This document shows, one piece after another, positions 10,408 to 19,359 of a stretch of 64,000 nucleotides of DNA (positions within the stretch are counted from its first letter, which is position 1; each line of letters starts with the position of its first letter). A program made the position numbers and the translations under genes. Origin of the DNA: Zancudomyces culisetae HAW-14-8 (Eukaryota; Fungi; Kickxellomycota); assembly GCA_052426225.1 (NCBI GenBank), contig JBNJNM010000006.1, forward strand, positions 1,736,001 to 1,800,000, read 5' to 3'. The notes below the pieces were generated by a model, which saw only the letters and a program-made list of their open reading frames with translations, was not told the DNA's origin and did no database searches.

Positions 10408-10442
10408 ATCGGACAAAAACCACGAGGGGAAAAAGGTCCAAT
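10408..10442 (-). other. ENE-like RNA element, copy 2
   Basis: Minus RNA AUUGGAC-C-UUUUU-CC-CCUCGU-GG-UUUUU-GUCCGAU (U-G wobble on this strand); GGGGUC/GACCUC hairpin and AAUAAA downstream. Confidence 0.65.
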
Positions 10443-10735
10443 CTAAAAATACTGCTAATTTCCTAATACTATAATTCTAAAAACTATTGAATTTTTGTTC
10501 TAATCATATTATTATATGACAATTTTTGTTATGATTAAATTTTATTTTATTACTTAACTATGTATTTCTAAATAACTAACGATAAATTTTGGTTTATTGT
10601 ATATACTATGTTAAAACTTAGACTTATAATTTGTTTGTTAAGAGTTACTTTATTTCAATTCTGTGGGCGTTGTCTTAAATCCCGAAACATTCAGGTTAAA
10701 AAATATCTAAATAAACTATTCAACTATAATTAATC

Positions 10736-10770
10736 GCTGGACAAAAACCACGAGGGGAAAAAAGTCCAAT
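10736..10770 (-). other. ENE-like RNA element, copy 3
   Basis: Minus RNA AUUGGAC-UUUUUU-CC-CCUCGU-GG-UUUUU-GUCCAGC; about 100 bp (10411-10510 vs 10739-10838) is near-identical to copy 2. Confidence 0.65.
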
Positions 10771-11405
10771 CTAAAAATACTGCTAATTTCCTAATACTAT
10801 AATTCTAAAAACTATTGAATTTTTGTTCTAATCATATTTTCATATGACATTTTGTCGTATAAAATATTATAGGTTATAGATTTCTCATCTATATTAACTA
10901 ATAGTGTTATTTTATTGGTTATTTATTTAATAGTTTTTGTAGTTGATTTTGTAGTATTTAAATCAATGAAATTTTTAGTTAAATAAATTTGTCGTCTCTT
11001 GAATATAATAATAGTACATATAAATATTTATAAATAGTAACTATTAGCGGCCCGTCACGTGTAGCGCTTGGAACCAATAGCTTTCAAGTAGGACGTAAAA
11101 CATTTTTACTACACGACACAAGATGTAATATTTTATTTATTATTTAAAATATTTTATACCCGTTATGGGTATAAGTGTCTAAACACCGTGCTATTTACAT
11201 TCAAGAGAGAGTTTAAACTATCTTGTTGCGTAACTAACAATTATGGAGGCGTAGACAGTCTTTTTTTATATTATACTATTTATTTATTCCTCTTATAAAA
11301 TATATAAAATTTATATAATATTAACTTCTATCTAAAAATTATCTCAATAAAAAACTGATAACAAAAGAACCTATTATCAGAGAAGTCAGATAAAACCCTC
11401 TTCGG

Positions 11406-11814
11406 TGTCAGGACCTGACAACTAAGTATTATTTTATTTTATATTATTTAGTTATTTAAAGTAGTATATATCTTGTGAAGATATTTTATTGCTGAAGTTC
11501 TCTTTCAATAAAATCTATGGCTATATATACTTTTCCAAAACTACTAAAAAACTATGAAAAACATTGTTATAACTATATAGAAAATTCTAGAATGTTAGAA
11601 TTCTAGAATGATTAATAATCAATTGATTAGTAATGTAAAACGTGTAATTGCGCAGCAAAATGTCGTAATTTTAACACGTTTCTAAATTACCTAATCTACT
11701 GCGCAATCAACAAAATTAAATTTCCCAAAATGATTTTTGAGAAAATTGCGCAGCAATTTAGTAATTAAATACAACACGTGTATTTAATTACAAATGGCAT
11801 GATAAATCATGACA
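11406..11814 (-). repeat. 3' LTR of element 2
   Basis: Direct repeat identical to 16354-16762. Confidence 0.97.
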
Positions 11815-12405
11815 TCATCCCTCTCTAATGCTGGCACGCGGTCCTGGCTTTTCTGGATATCTGGCATGGAACTTGGCAACGAGGTCAGGTGCATGAACGT
11901 CTTCAGCATATTCCCATGTCCGATCTTCAGGACTGTATCCTTTCCAATCAATCAGATACTTTAATTTCCTTTTAACAAACTTGGAGTCCAGGATAGAAGA
12001 TACTTCGTATTCTTCTTGATTGTCTAATATGATAGGAGGTGGGGGTGGTTGGGTACGGTTAGAATATGATGTCTGTTTATGTGGTTTAAGCAGGGACACG
12101 TGGAAGACGGGATGAATTTTCATATTGTCAGGTAGCTTGAGTTTAGCAGTTACAGGATTGACCATCTCAATAATTTCAAATAGACCAATGTATTTGAAGT
12201 CTAACTTGTGCGATGGTCGCATAGTCTTGATATTGGCTTGAGAAAGCCATACTTTGGAGCCTGGCTTGAAGTCTTGGGTATCTGATCGTTTTTTCGTCAG
12301 CAAAACGTTTATAGTTACTCTTGGCAGTTTCTAGATGTAACTTGAGTTGGTCTTGAATGTTTTTCAGATGAGTAGCAAATTCTAGCGCACTAGGTACTTT
12401 GGAGT
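11815..12405 (-). pseudogene. C-terminal remnant of element-2 integrase (GPY/F-like module plus chromodomain)
   Basis: DSKVPSALEFATHLKNIQDQLK...RFADEK, then a frameshift in an A6 run, then RSDTQDFKPGSKVWLS...KIHPVFHVSLLK...YEVSSILD...YLIDWKGY...TWE. Confidence 0.88.
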
Positions 12406-15400
12406 CAGAGGTTCTGGAACATAGACTAGGCCCTTGTATCTGACTAGGCCATCTGTGACTGTGAGCTTTGAGGACGGTAACTTGGACTTGGTTATCAGGG
12501 CTTGGGCTTCGTTACTGGTCTTGGTCATGGATAGTATCATTGACATGAGATCGCTGGACTGGCTAGTATCTATTGAACCAACGATAATCTTAGGCTGCCA
12601 AATGGGACGGGGATCAAGATTATCTACCCCCCTCTTATGCTCATCTTTTCGGGATAGAGCATCGGCCTTTCCGTTCTGAGTTCCTGGCCGGTAAGTCAAT
12701 TCAATGTCGAATCTGGTTAGGAAAAGTGCCCACCTGGCTTGTCTCTGGTTAAGTATTTTGGCTGAGCGAAAATATTCCAAGTTTTTGTGGTCTGTGATTA
12801 CAAGGACAGGATATGAGGCACCTTCCAAGTGATGTCTCCATTGTTCAAGAGCGCATTTAATTGCGAGCAGCTCCTTATCATAGATGTGATAGTTCTGTTC
12901 CGCAGGGTTAAGGGTTCTGGAATAGAAGGCTACTGGATGTGTGACACCATCGTGCTTCTGAGACAGAACAGCACCGAGAGCATAGTTTGAAGCATCACAC
13001 TCCAGTATGAACTGTTTGTTGGGGTCCGGGTGCGCAAGAACTGGTGAGGAGGTACATTTGGCTTTTAGCTCTTCAAATGCTGACTGTTGAGCGGAGCCCC
13101 AGATAAACTGGGCATTTTTCTTTAACAGTGAAGTAATTGGTTGTACTATCTTGGAGTGGTTATCAATGAATCGGCGATAGAAGTTGACAAAGCCTAGGAA
13201 TACTTGAATGTCCTTTACAGATTGTGGTGTGGCCCAGTCTTTGATTGCGGCGATACGTGAGGGGTCCATGGATAATCCGGCAGGCGTGATGACATATCCC
13301 AGAAAATCCACTCTATCCTTGTCAAACTCACATTTTTCTAGTTTGGCATAGAGTTTGTTTTTTATTAGGCGTTCAAGTACAGATCGGACATGAAGTGTAT
13401 GCTCTTCAGGACTTGCGGAGAATATGAGAATGTCATCCAGATATATGACAACATACAAATCAAGTATGTCTCTGAAGATATCATTGACAAAAGACTGGAA
13501 CGTTGCAGGGGCATTTGCAAGCCCAAATGGCATTACTCTATACTCAAAGTGACCATACTGTGTGCGGAAAGCAGTTTTTTCCTCGTCACCTTTACGAATA
13601 CGCACGAGGTTGTATGCATCACGAAGATCGAGTTTGGTGAAGATCTTGGATTGCTGTACTCTTTCTAGCAGCTCAGTCATCAACGGTAATGGATACCGGT
13701 TGCGTATGACGACCTTGTTGAGCTCTCTGTAGTCAACGACGAGTCTTAGTGAACCATCTTTCTTACCCGTGAAAAAGACGGGTGCGGCAGCAGGAGACTT
13801 GGATTTAACAATAAACCCCTTGGCTAGGTTTTCATCGATATACTCTTTGAGGACTTTCCTTTCTTTGGGAGCCAGAGGGTAGATTGGGCCATACGGTAGC
13901 TTAGCATCAGGAACCAGGTCTATGGGGCAATCGTATTCTCTGTGAGGTGGTAAGGTGTCAGCCATTTGTTTATCAAAGGCTTGGCGGAGATCATGGTATT
14001 TGGCAGGAATGGTAACTTCTTCGGTCGTTGGTAGACTAGGCTTGGCTTGGCTGATGAGACCAATCATGTGTGATACTGTAAGTTTCTTTTTCTTGGTGGG
14101 GTACGGCTCGTTCAGTATGATGTTACTTGGGCGTTTTCTGATTGGTTCCACTGGGTCTGCAGGTGGTGGGGTCATTGGTCTAATCATGAGTGGGATTGGT
14201 GGAATGGGTGGAGCCTCATCCATTGGTAGGTCTAGGTATTCAGAGGCACTGGAACTATCGGATGTGGAGGATTGCGTTTCCATACTCATTTCTGAACAAG
14301 ACGAGGAGTCAGAAAGGTAGTTAGCATCTAAGATAGATTCTAACTCAAAAGTATCAGTAGGATCAAAGTGGGAATCATTGAGGATGTCTACTTGGTGAGG
14401 CTCCTGTTCATCATGGATTTGGGTTTCTTGGCTTTGAGTTTGGGTACCTTGGCAGTGGAAATCTTGGACTTTGGTTTCTTGATTGTTGTTAGCTCGGCTG
14501 TGGTCTTCTTGGACTTGTGGTTTGCTGTGGTTTCCTTGACTATTGATTCCTTGACTATTGATTCCTTGACTATTGTTTTCTTGGCTGTGGTTTTCTTGGC
14601 TGTGGTTTTCTTGGTTATGGGTTATAATTGCATGGCTGTGGTTTTCTTGGCTGTGGTTATCTTGGACTTTAGTTTGGCTGTGGTTTTCTTGGCTATGGGT
14701 TTTAATTGCATGGCTGTGGTTTTCTTGGCTGTGGTTATCTTGGACTTTAGTTTGGCTGTGGTTTCTTTGACTACTGTTTACTATAGGTAAACCCATTGGT
14801 TGATATGATTGTAGCCCTGGTGGTGTTCCGACTATAGGTCCGGTCTCATAATTGAACTGTCGCTTACGTTGTTTAGTACATCTTTTTTTGAAAGTATTCT
14901 TTAGAAGTTTAAAACAATTCTTGTTACAGTAGTCTTTGTCAAACAATATGGAACGGGATTTCCAATTAATAGCAGGGTCATGAAGTTCTAGCCACGGGAG
15001 ACCCAAAATCATATCAGCATGATAACAAGTCATAACGTCGAATACAGCTAGTTCACAGTGGTTACTTTGAATCTGAATCTTGAGTGGCTTGGTGTGATGG
15101 GTAATTGGGCCTTCGGTCAACGGACTACCATCTATGAACTCAACTGAGACTGGGTCTTTCTTGGCTTGGGTACGAATATGCTTTGAGTCTACAATTTTCT
15201 TGTTGATAAACATTCCTGAAGCACCTGAATCGATCATGGCCATGATCTTAAAGCTGAGCTTGCTTGGCATGTGGACTGTGACAGGAATCATAAAACGGTG
15301 TGGATGGTTAAGGACGGGGTTAGGACTTTGTTTTGGAACTGTCATAGACATGGGTTCGGACTTCATGGAAACTGTGGAAGCATCTTGTAGGTTCAGGGTT

Positions 15401-15435
15401 TGCTTCCGTTCTGAACCTGAACCTATTGGTTTCCC
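12382..15435 (-). CDS. pol: Pol of element 2 (protease, repeat-rich linker, RT, RNase H), truncated before the integrase zinc finger
   Basis: MIDSGAS, YLDD, CDASN...YDKELLA; ends VYVPEPL followed by an out-of-frame stop. Confidence 0.92.
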   Translation of the reverse strand, partial: GKPIGSGSERKQTLNLQDASTVSMKSEPMSMTVPKQSPNPVLNHPHRFMIPVTVHMPSKLSFKIMAMIDSGASGMFINKKIVDSKHIRTQAKKDPVSVEFIDGSPLTEGPITHHTKPLKIQIQSNHCELAVFDVMTCYHADMILGLPWLELHDPAINWKSRSILFDKDYCNKNCFKLLKNTFKKRCTKQRKRQFNYETGPIVGTPPGLQSYQPMGLPIVNSSQRNHSQTKVQDNHSQENHSHAIKTHSQENHSQTKVQDNHSQENHSHAIITHNQENHSQENHSQENNSQGINSQGINSQGNHSKPQVQEDHSRANNNQETKVQDFHCQGTQTQSQETQIHDEQEPHQVDILNDSHFDPTDTFELESILDANYLSDSSSCSEMSMETQSSTSDSSSASEYLDLPMDEAPPIPPIPLMIRPMTPPPADPVEPIRKRPSNIILNEPYPTKKKKLTVSHMIGLISQAKPSLPTTEEVTIPAKYHDLRQAFDKQMADTLPPHREYDCPIDLVPDAKLPYGPIYPLAPKERKVLKEYIDENLAKGFIVKSKSPAAAPVFFTGKKDGSLRLVVDYRELNKVVIRNRYPLPLMTELLERVQQSKIFTKLDLRDAYNLVRIRKGDEEKTAFRTQYGHFEYRVMPFGLANAPATFQSFVNDIFRDILDLYVVIYLDDILIFSASPEEHTLHVRSVLERLIKNKLYAKLEKCEFDKDRVDFLGYVITPAGLSMDPSRIAAIKDWATPQSVKDIQVFLGFVNFYRRFIDNHSKIVQPITSLLKKNAQFIWGSAQQSAFEELKAKCTSSPVLAHPDPNKQFILECDASNYALGAVLSQKHDGVTHPVAFYSRTLNPAEQNYHIYDKELLAIKCALEQWRHHLEGASYPVLVITDHKNLEYFRSAKILNQRQARWALFLTRFDIELTYRPGTQNGKADALSRKDEHKRGVDNLDPRPIWQPKIIVGSIDTSQSSDLMSMILSMTKTSNEAQALITKSKLPSSKLTVTDGLVRYKGLVYVPEPLTPKYLVR
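14390..14770 (-). repeat. Coding minisatellite of 15-nt units (QENHS/QDNHS/QGINS) in the protease-RT linker
   Basis: Repeated ttggctgtggttttc / ttgactattgattcc on the + strand, with a higher-order 26-aa duplication (QTKVQDNHSQENHSHAI.TH.QENHS twice). Confidence 0.9.
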
Positions 15436-16316
15436 GGCTTGGGCTTCTTGGATTTTTCTGGGCAATTTTGGGCTTGGTGCTTTTCACCACCACAGTAGAA
15501 GCAAAGTCCAAGTTTCATTCTACGGTCACGTTCAGGCTGGGATACAGTGCGATGAACACTGTCTACTTGCATGGGTTCTGTGGTTTGCGTGGTGGTTGAT
15601 ATTGATGGTTGGATTCCTCTGCGTCTCCTGGCTTTCTCTTCCTTCCGTCTGGTGAGTCTGGTGTCAACTGTGATGGCTGCATTGATATACCCTTCTAGGT
15701 CTGAAGGTGTCTGGAACAAGGCAAGGGTATCCAAAATGTTTTCGTTGAGACCTTCTGCGAACTGGGATACGAGAGCGGACTCGTTCCAGTCTAGGTCCAT
15801 CATGAGTCTTCTGAACTCAGAAGAGTACATTGATACTGTTGTAGAACCTTGGCGGAGCGCACGGATGGCGTCGTTTGCGGTCTGTGTTCGTTGTGGGTCA
15901 TCGAACACCTTTGAGAACTCCTTCATAAAGAGTTCATAATCTTGGAGCACTGGGCTACCCTTCTCAATATAAGGGCTTGCCCATCTTAGTGCGTTTCCAG
16001 TAAGAAGAGACATGATCAACCCTACCTTATTGGTTTGGGACGGGTAGTGGTCAGGATGAGTAAAGAATAGAAGACGGCATTGATTCGTGAAACCTCTGAA
16101 CTGACTTCGGTCTCCATCGTACCTCTCTGGCAAGGCAATTCTGGCTGATGGGACATGGGCTGGAAACTGAGCGGGAGCTTGGGCTGGGGCTTGGACTGGC
16201 AAGGCGGTAGGTACTGGCTGATCTTGGGTTGCGGCTTGCAACGCTTGTAACCTGGCATTCTCTTCTCTGAGAGCTTGGAGTTCGGCAGTTAACTGGTTTA
16301 ACTGTTCGTCATTCAT
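15423..16316 (-). CDS. gag: Gag of element 2
   Basis: 297 aa; PERYDGDRSQFRGF capsid motif, LRQGSTTVSMYSSEF, CFYCGGEKHQAQNC knuckle. Confidence 0.94.
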   Translation of the reverse strand: MNDEQLNQLTAELQALREENARLQALQAATQDQPVPTALPVQAPAQAPAQFPAHVPSARIALPERYDGDRSQFRGFTNQCRLLFFTHPDHYPSQTNKVGLIMSLLTGNALRWASPYIEKGSPVLQDYELFMKEFSKVFDDPQRTQTANDAIRALRQGSTTVSMYSSEFRRLMMDLDWNESALVSQFAEGLNENILDTLALFQTPSDLEGYINAAITVDTRLTRRKEEKARRRRGIQPSISTTTQTTEPMQVDSVHRTVSQPERDRRMKLGLCFYCGGEKHQAQNCPEKSKKPKPGNQ

Positions 16317-16353
16317 GGTAAAATAATAGGTAGTTGAAGTAGCAATAAAATAA

Positions 16354-16762
16354 TGTCAGGACCTGACAACTAAGTATTATTTTATTTTATATTATTTAGT
16401 TATTTAAAGTAGTATATATCTTGTGAAGATATTTTATTGCTGAAGTTCTCTTTCAATAAAATCTATGGCTATATATACTTTTCCAAAACTACTAAAAAAC
16501 TATGAAAAACATTGTTATAACTATATAGAAAATTCTAGAATGTTAGAATTCTAGAATGATTAATAATCAATTGATTAGTAATGTAAAACGTGTAATTGCG
16601 CAGCAAAATGTCGTAATTTTAACACGTTTCTAAATTACCTAATCTACTGCGCAATCAACAAAATTAAATTTCCCAAAATGATTTTTGAGAAAATTGCGCA
16701 GCAATTTAGTAATTAAATACAACACGTGTATTTAATTACAAATGGCATGATAAATCATGACA
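16354..16762 (-). repeat. 5' LTR of element 2
   Basis: Identical to 11406-11814; sense TATATATA at 16477-16470; HSE GAA-aa-TTC-ta-GAA at 16528-16540. Confidence 0.97.
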
Positions 16763-18195
16763 TTCGGGAGAAAAGTCCAATCTTCTCACAAGTAAATAAT
16801 AACTAATAAATAATAAACGAGAAACTGGTATTACCTAATATTGTAGTCCAGGGGTAATGACGCCAATTTTATATGACAAAGATGTTGTATGCTTAGTTCT
16901 ACCCAAGCTAAACTATTGGATGAACAGCATACAGCTTCTCAAACACCGAATAACCACCGTTATCTCGGGTGTTCGAGCAAGAAATCTGGGATTTCTTGGG
17001 TAATAAATTACCCAAATGTTGGAGAAATATTCAGTTTTAATTGTTTTATTTTAAGTTTCTATTATATAAAGTTCTAATAAAATAGCTAGTCAGGTACTAG
17101 TATATTACTAGTAACCCCACCACAAGTTTGGTGGTTTTATCTTTTTATTTTTAAAAGTTATTCATTAAATAAAATACAAATTAGCTCTAAAATACTTGAT
17201 TTTTTTCTATAAAATTGAAATTTGTGATTTGAGCAAAAACCTACCTAAAACCAAAAAAAAACATAGGTAGTGAAGCGTAACACAATTTTCAAAGGGTATC
17301 AGAAAGGTATCAGAGTCTAATTTTTGGACCAAAATTGATTGTTTTGCACACCAAATTTTAGGAGTTGGGCGTAATTTTACCCAGTTTTATCGCATTTATT
17401 GAAATAATAAATACATAAAACTAAATTAAATATAAGCTAAAAAGGTAGGGTTGACTGGTTAAATAAAGTAAAACTTATTCCAGTAACAATCCCCCTCTAT
17501 TAGCAGAACTTTTTGTAGGTTTAGTTGCGGAAATTTCCTGAGAAATTTTCTGGAAACTAAAATTACAACAACAAATGTCATATAGTGGCTAGACGAGGTT
17601 ATGACTAGTTAATTAGTCATAACGTTATTTAATAAAGCCGCTACCTTGTGGGGATTAGTTGTTTATATCGATAAAGCAATGTAGTCGATACCTTTTTCTA
17701 ATGACTCACAGTTATTAATTATTATTCATTAATATTTTTAGTCCAGATTTATTAATAGCAAATTTTATTATATAAGTGATTTCTACTTGAATCAGGATAT
17801 TCAGAATAATCAAAAAAAAAGTATAAAAAGCGTAGAATTTTATACAAAATAAAAAGATGAGACACATAAAAAACTAGTTATACCGTCTATAATAACTTTA
17901 ACAATACTTAGATAACAATAAGTATAAAGTTTATTATAATATAAATAGTAAATAAAATCAACTATATTTCAAGACTGTCGTATAATTTATAAATTATTTT
18001 TTAAGTCGAAAACTCGATGATGAATTTATTTAGAATTTTGTTGCCTTATTATACTTTTTTTAGACAACCAATTTACTAAACACTAAATTTATACTTAACT
18101 AACTAATAATTAAATCATACTAAATTAAATTATGCTGTTTCCCCGTGTAGTTGATTATTTGCTTTTATCAGGTTATCAAATTCACATGTCGTGGT

Positions 18196-18283
18196 TGTAA
18201 CATTCTCAGATTTTCCAGATGTAACTTTCTCAGATTTCCAGATGTAACTTTCTCAGATTCCAGATGTAACTTTCTCAGATTTC
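18196..18283 (+). repeat. Minisatellite, four units of about 23 bp
   Basis: tgtaac(a/t)ttctcagatt(t)0-2ccaga repeated, last unit partial. Confidence 0.9.
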
Positions 18284-18380
18284 TTCAATGTTACGTGAAT
18301 TTAATATTACCAATTTTGGAAATTACAGTCATTTTTACTCTTATATAATTTAAGGTAATTTAAATTCACGACAAGACACA

Positions 18381-18454
18381 GCTTCCATGGCGCAATTGGT
18401 TAGCGCGTCTGACTGTTAATCAGGAGGTTGCTAGTTCAAGCCTAGCTGGGAGCG
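18381..18454 (+). tRNA. tRNA-Asn (GTT)
   Basis: GCTTCCA-TG-GCGCAATTGGTTAGCGC-G-TCTGA-CTGTTAA-TCAGG-AGGTT-GCTAG-TTCAAGC-CTAGC-TGGGAGC-G followed by TTTATTTTTT. Confidence 0.95.
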
Positions 18455-18613
18455 TTTATTTTTTACTTTAATTTTTGTACATTGTAGCATAACGCTTACA
18501 TACTTTATGCTAGCGAATCAATTCTATTTCTTATCAGAAGATTACTACCAATGAGAGCCTGCGGAATAAATAGTAAAAAAGAATAAGATAGTAAAGTGAA
18601 TAACAAAGCGAAT

Positions 18614-19359
18614 TGTAATATATAGTAGATGTTATAGGTTATCTGATATATTTTTTCAGCTAATGTGATGGCTGAGTTTGGTATAGCACTGATTATGTCA
18701 GTTATACTCAGGTCTCGGATCACTTAACTAGTTCTGTTTGCCGTAATAAGAATGTTTTAATAACTTTTATATTGTTGTAATAATAATAAAATACTAAGTA
18801 AACTATCTCAATGTAGTACTATTGTCAATTACTAAGTATGTAAAAACCGTATATGTAAAGTATATTCCGTTAAGAAAGGCTACAGATGTTTATTTTCGTT
18901 GTCCGCTTCGCTTTTATTTTTCTGATCGTTCAGATATTCAGCTTTACTATTATAAATATTTAAATATAAAATAACTACAAGTTAATTGGTAGTTATATCA
19001 TGCTAAGGAATCGCAATTGATTCGCTAGCAAAAAGTATGTAGCCGTTATACTACAGAATATAACAAGAGCGTACAACGAAAATAGCTTCTTTACCTTTCT
19101 TAACAAAAAATACTTTACATATACGTTTTTATATACTTACTAATAGCAAATTCACTTGATACTGATATGTTTAATTAGTGTTTTATTATCATTATAACAT
19201 AATATAAGTTATTAAAAACATTTCTATTACGGAAATCAGAACCAGTGAAGTGATCCGAGACCTGAGTATAACTGACATAATCAGTGCTATACCAAACTCA
19301 GCTATCACATTAGATGATGAATTATATCAGATAGCTTATAATATCTACAGTATATTACA
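18614..19359. repeat. Long imperfect inverted repeat (foldback) with about 310-bp arms and a 66-bp near-perfect core
   Basis: 18660-18725 is the reverse complement of 19248-19313 with one difference; the rest of the arms align with scattered mismatches. Confidence 0.92.

Larger units (their letters stand above)
11406..16762 (-). mobile_element. Ty3/Gypsy chromovirus (element 2), integrase core deleted
   Basis: Identical 409-bp LTRs 11406-11814 and 16354-16762; perfect TTCGG TSD (11401-11405, 16763-16767); purine tract AGAGAGGGATGA adjoining the 3' LTR. Confidence 0.97.

Noticed and set aside
10408-10442. HDV-like ribozyme reading of the CCCCUCGUGG loop
   Set aside because: It resembles the HDV L3 loop, but P1, P1.1, P2 and a 3-bp P3 could not be built, and copy 4 lacks the loop sequence while keeping the ENE fold.
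14368-14790. Plus-strand hydrophobic repeat ORFs (WLWFS, LAVVF)
   Set aside because: They are antisense shadows of the QENHS repeat in element-2 pol.
18196-18283. CRISPR-like array
   Set aside because: No unique spacers, no cas genes, eukaryotic context; it is a simple tandem repeat.
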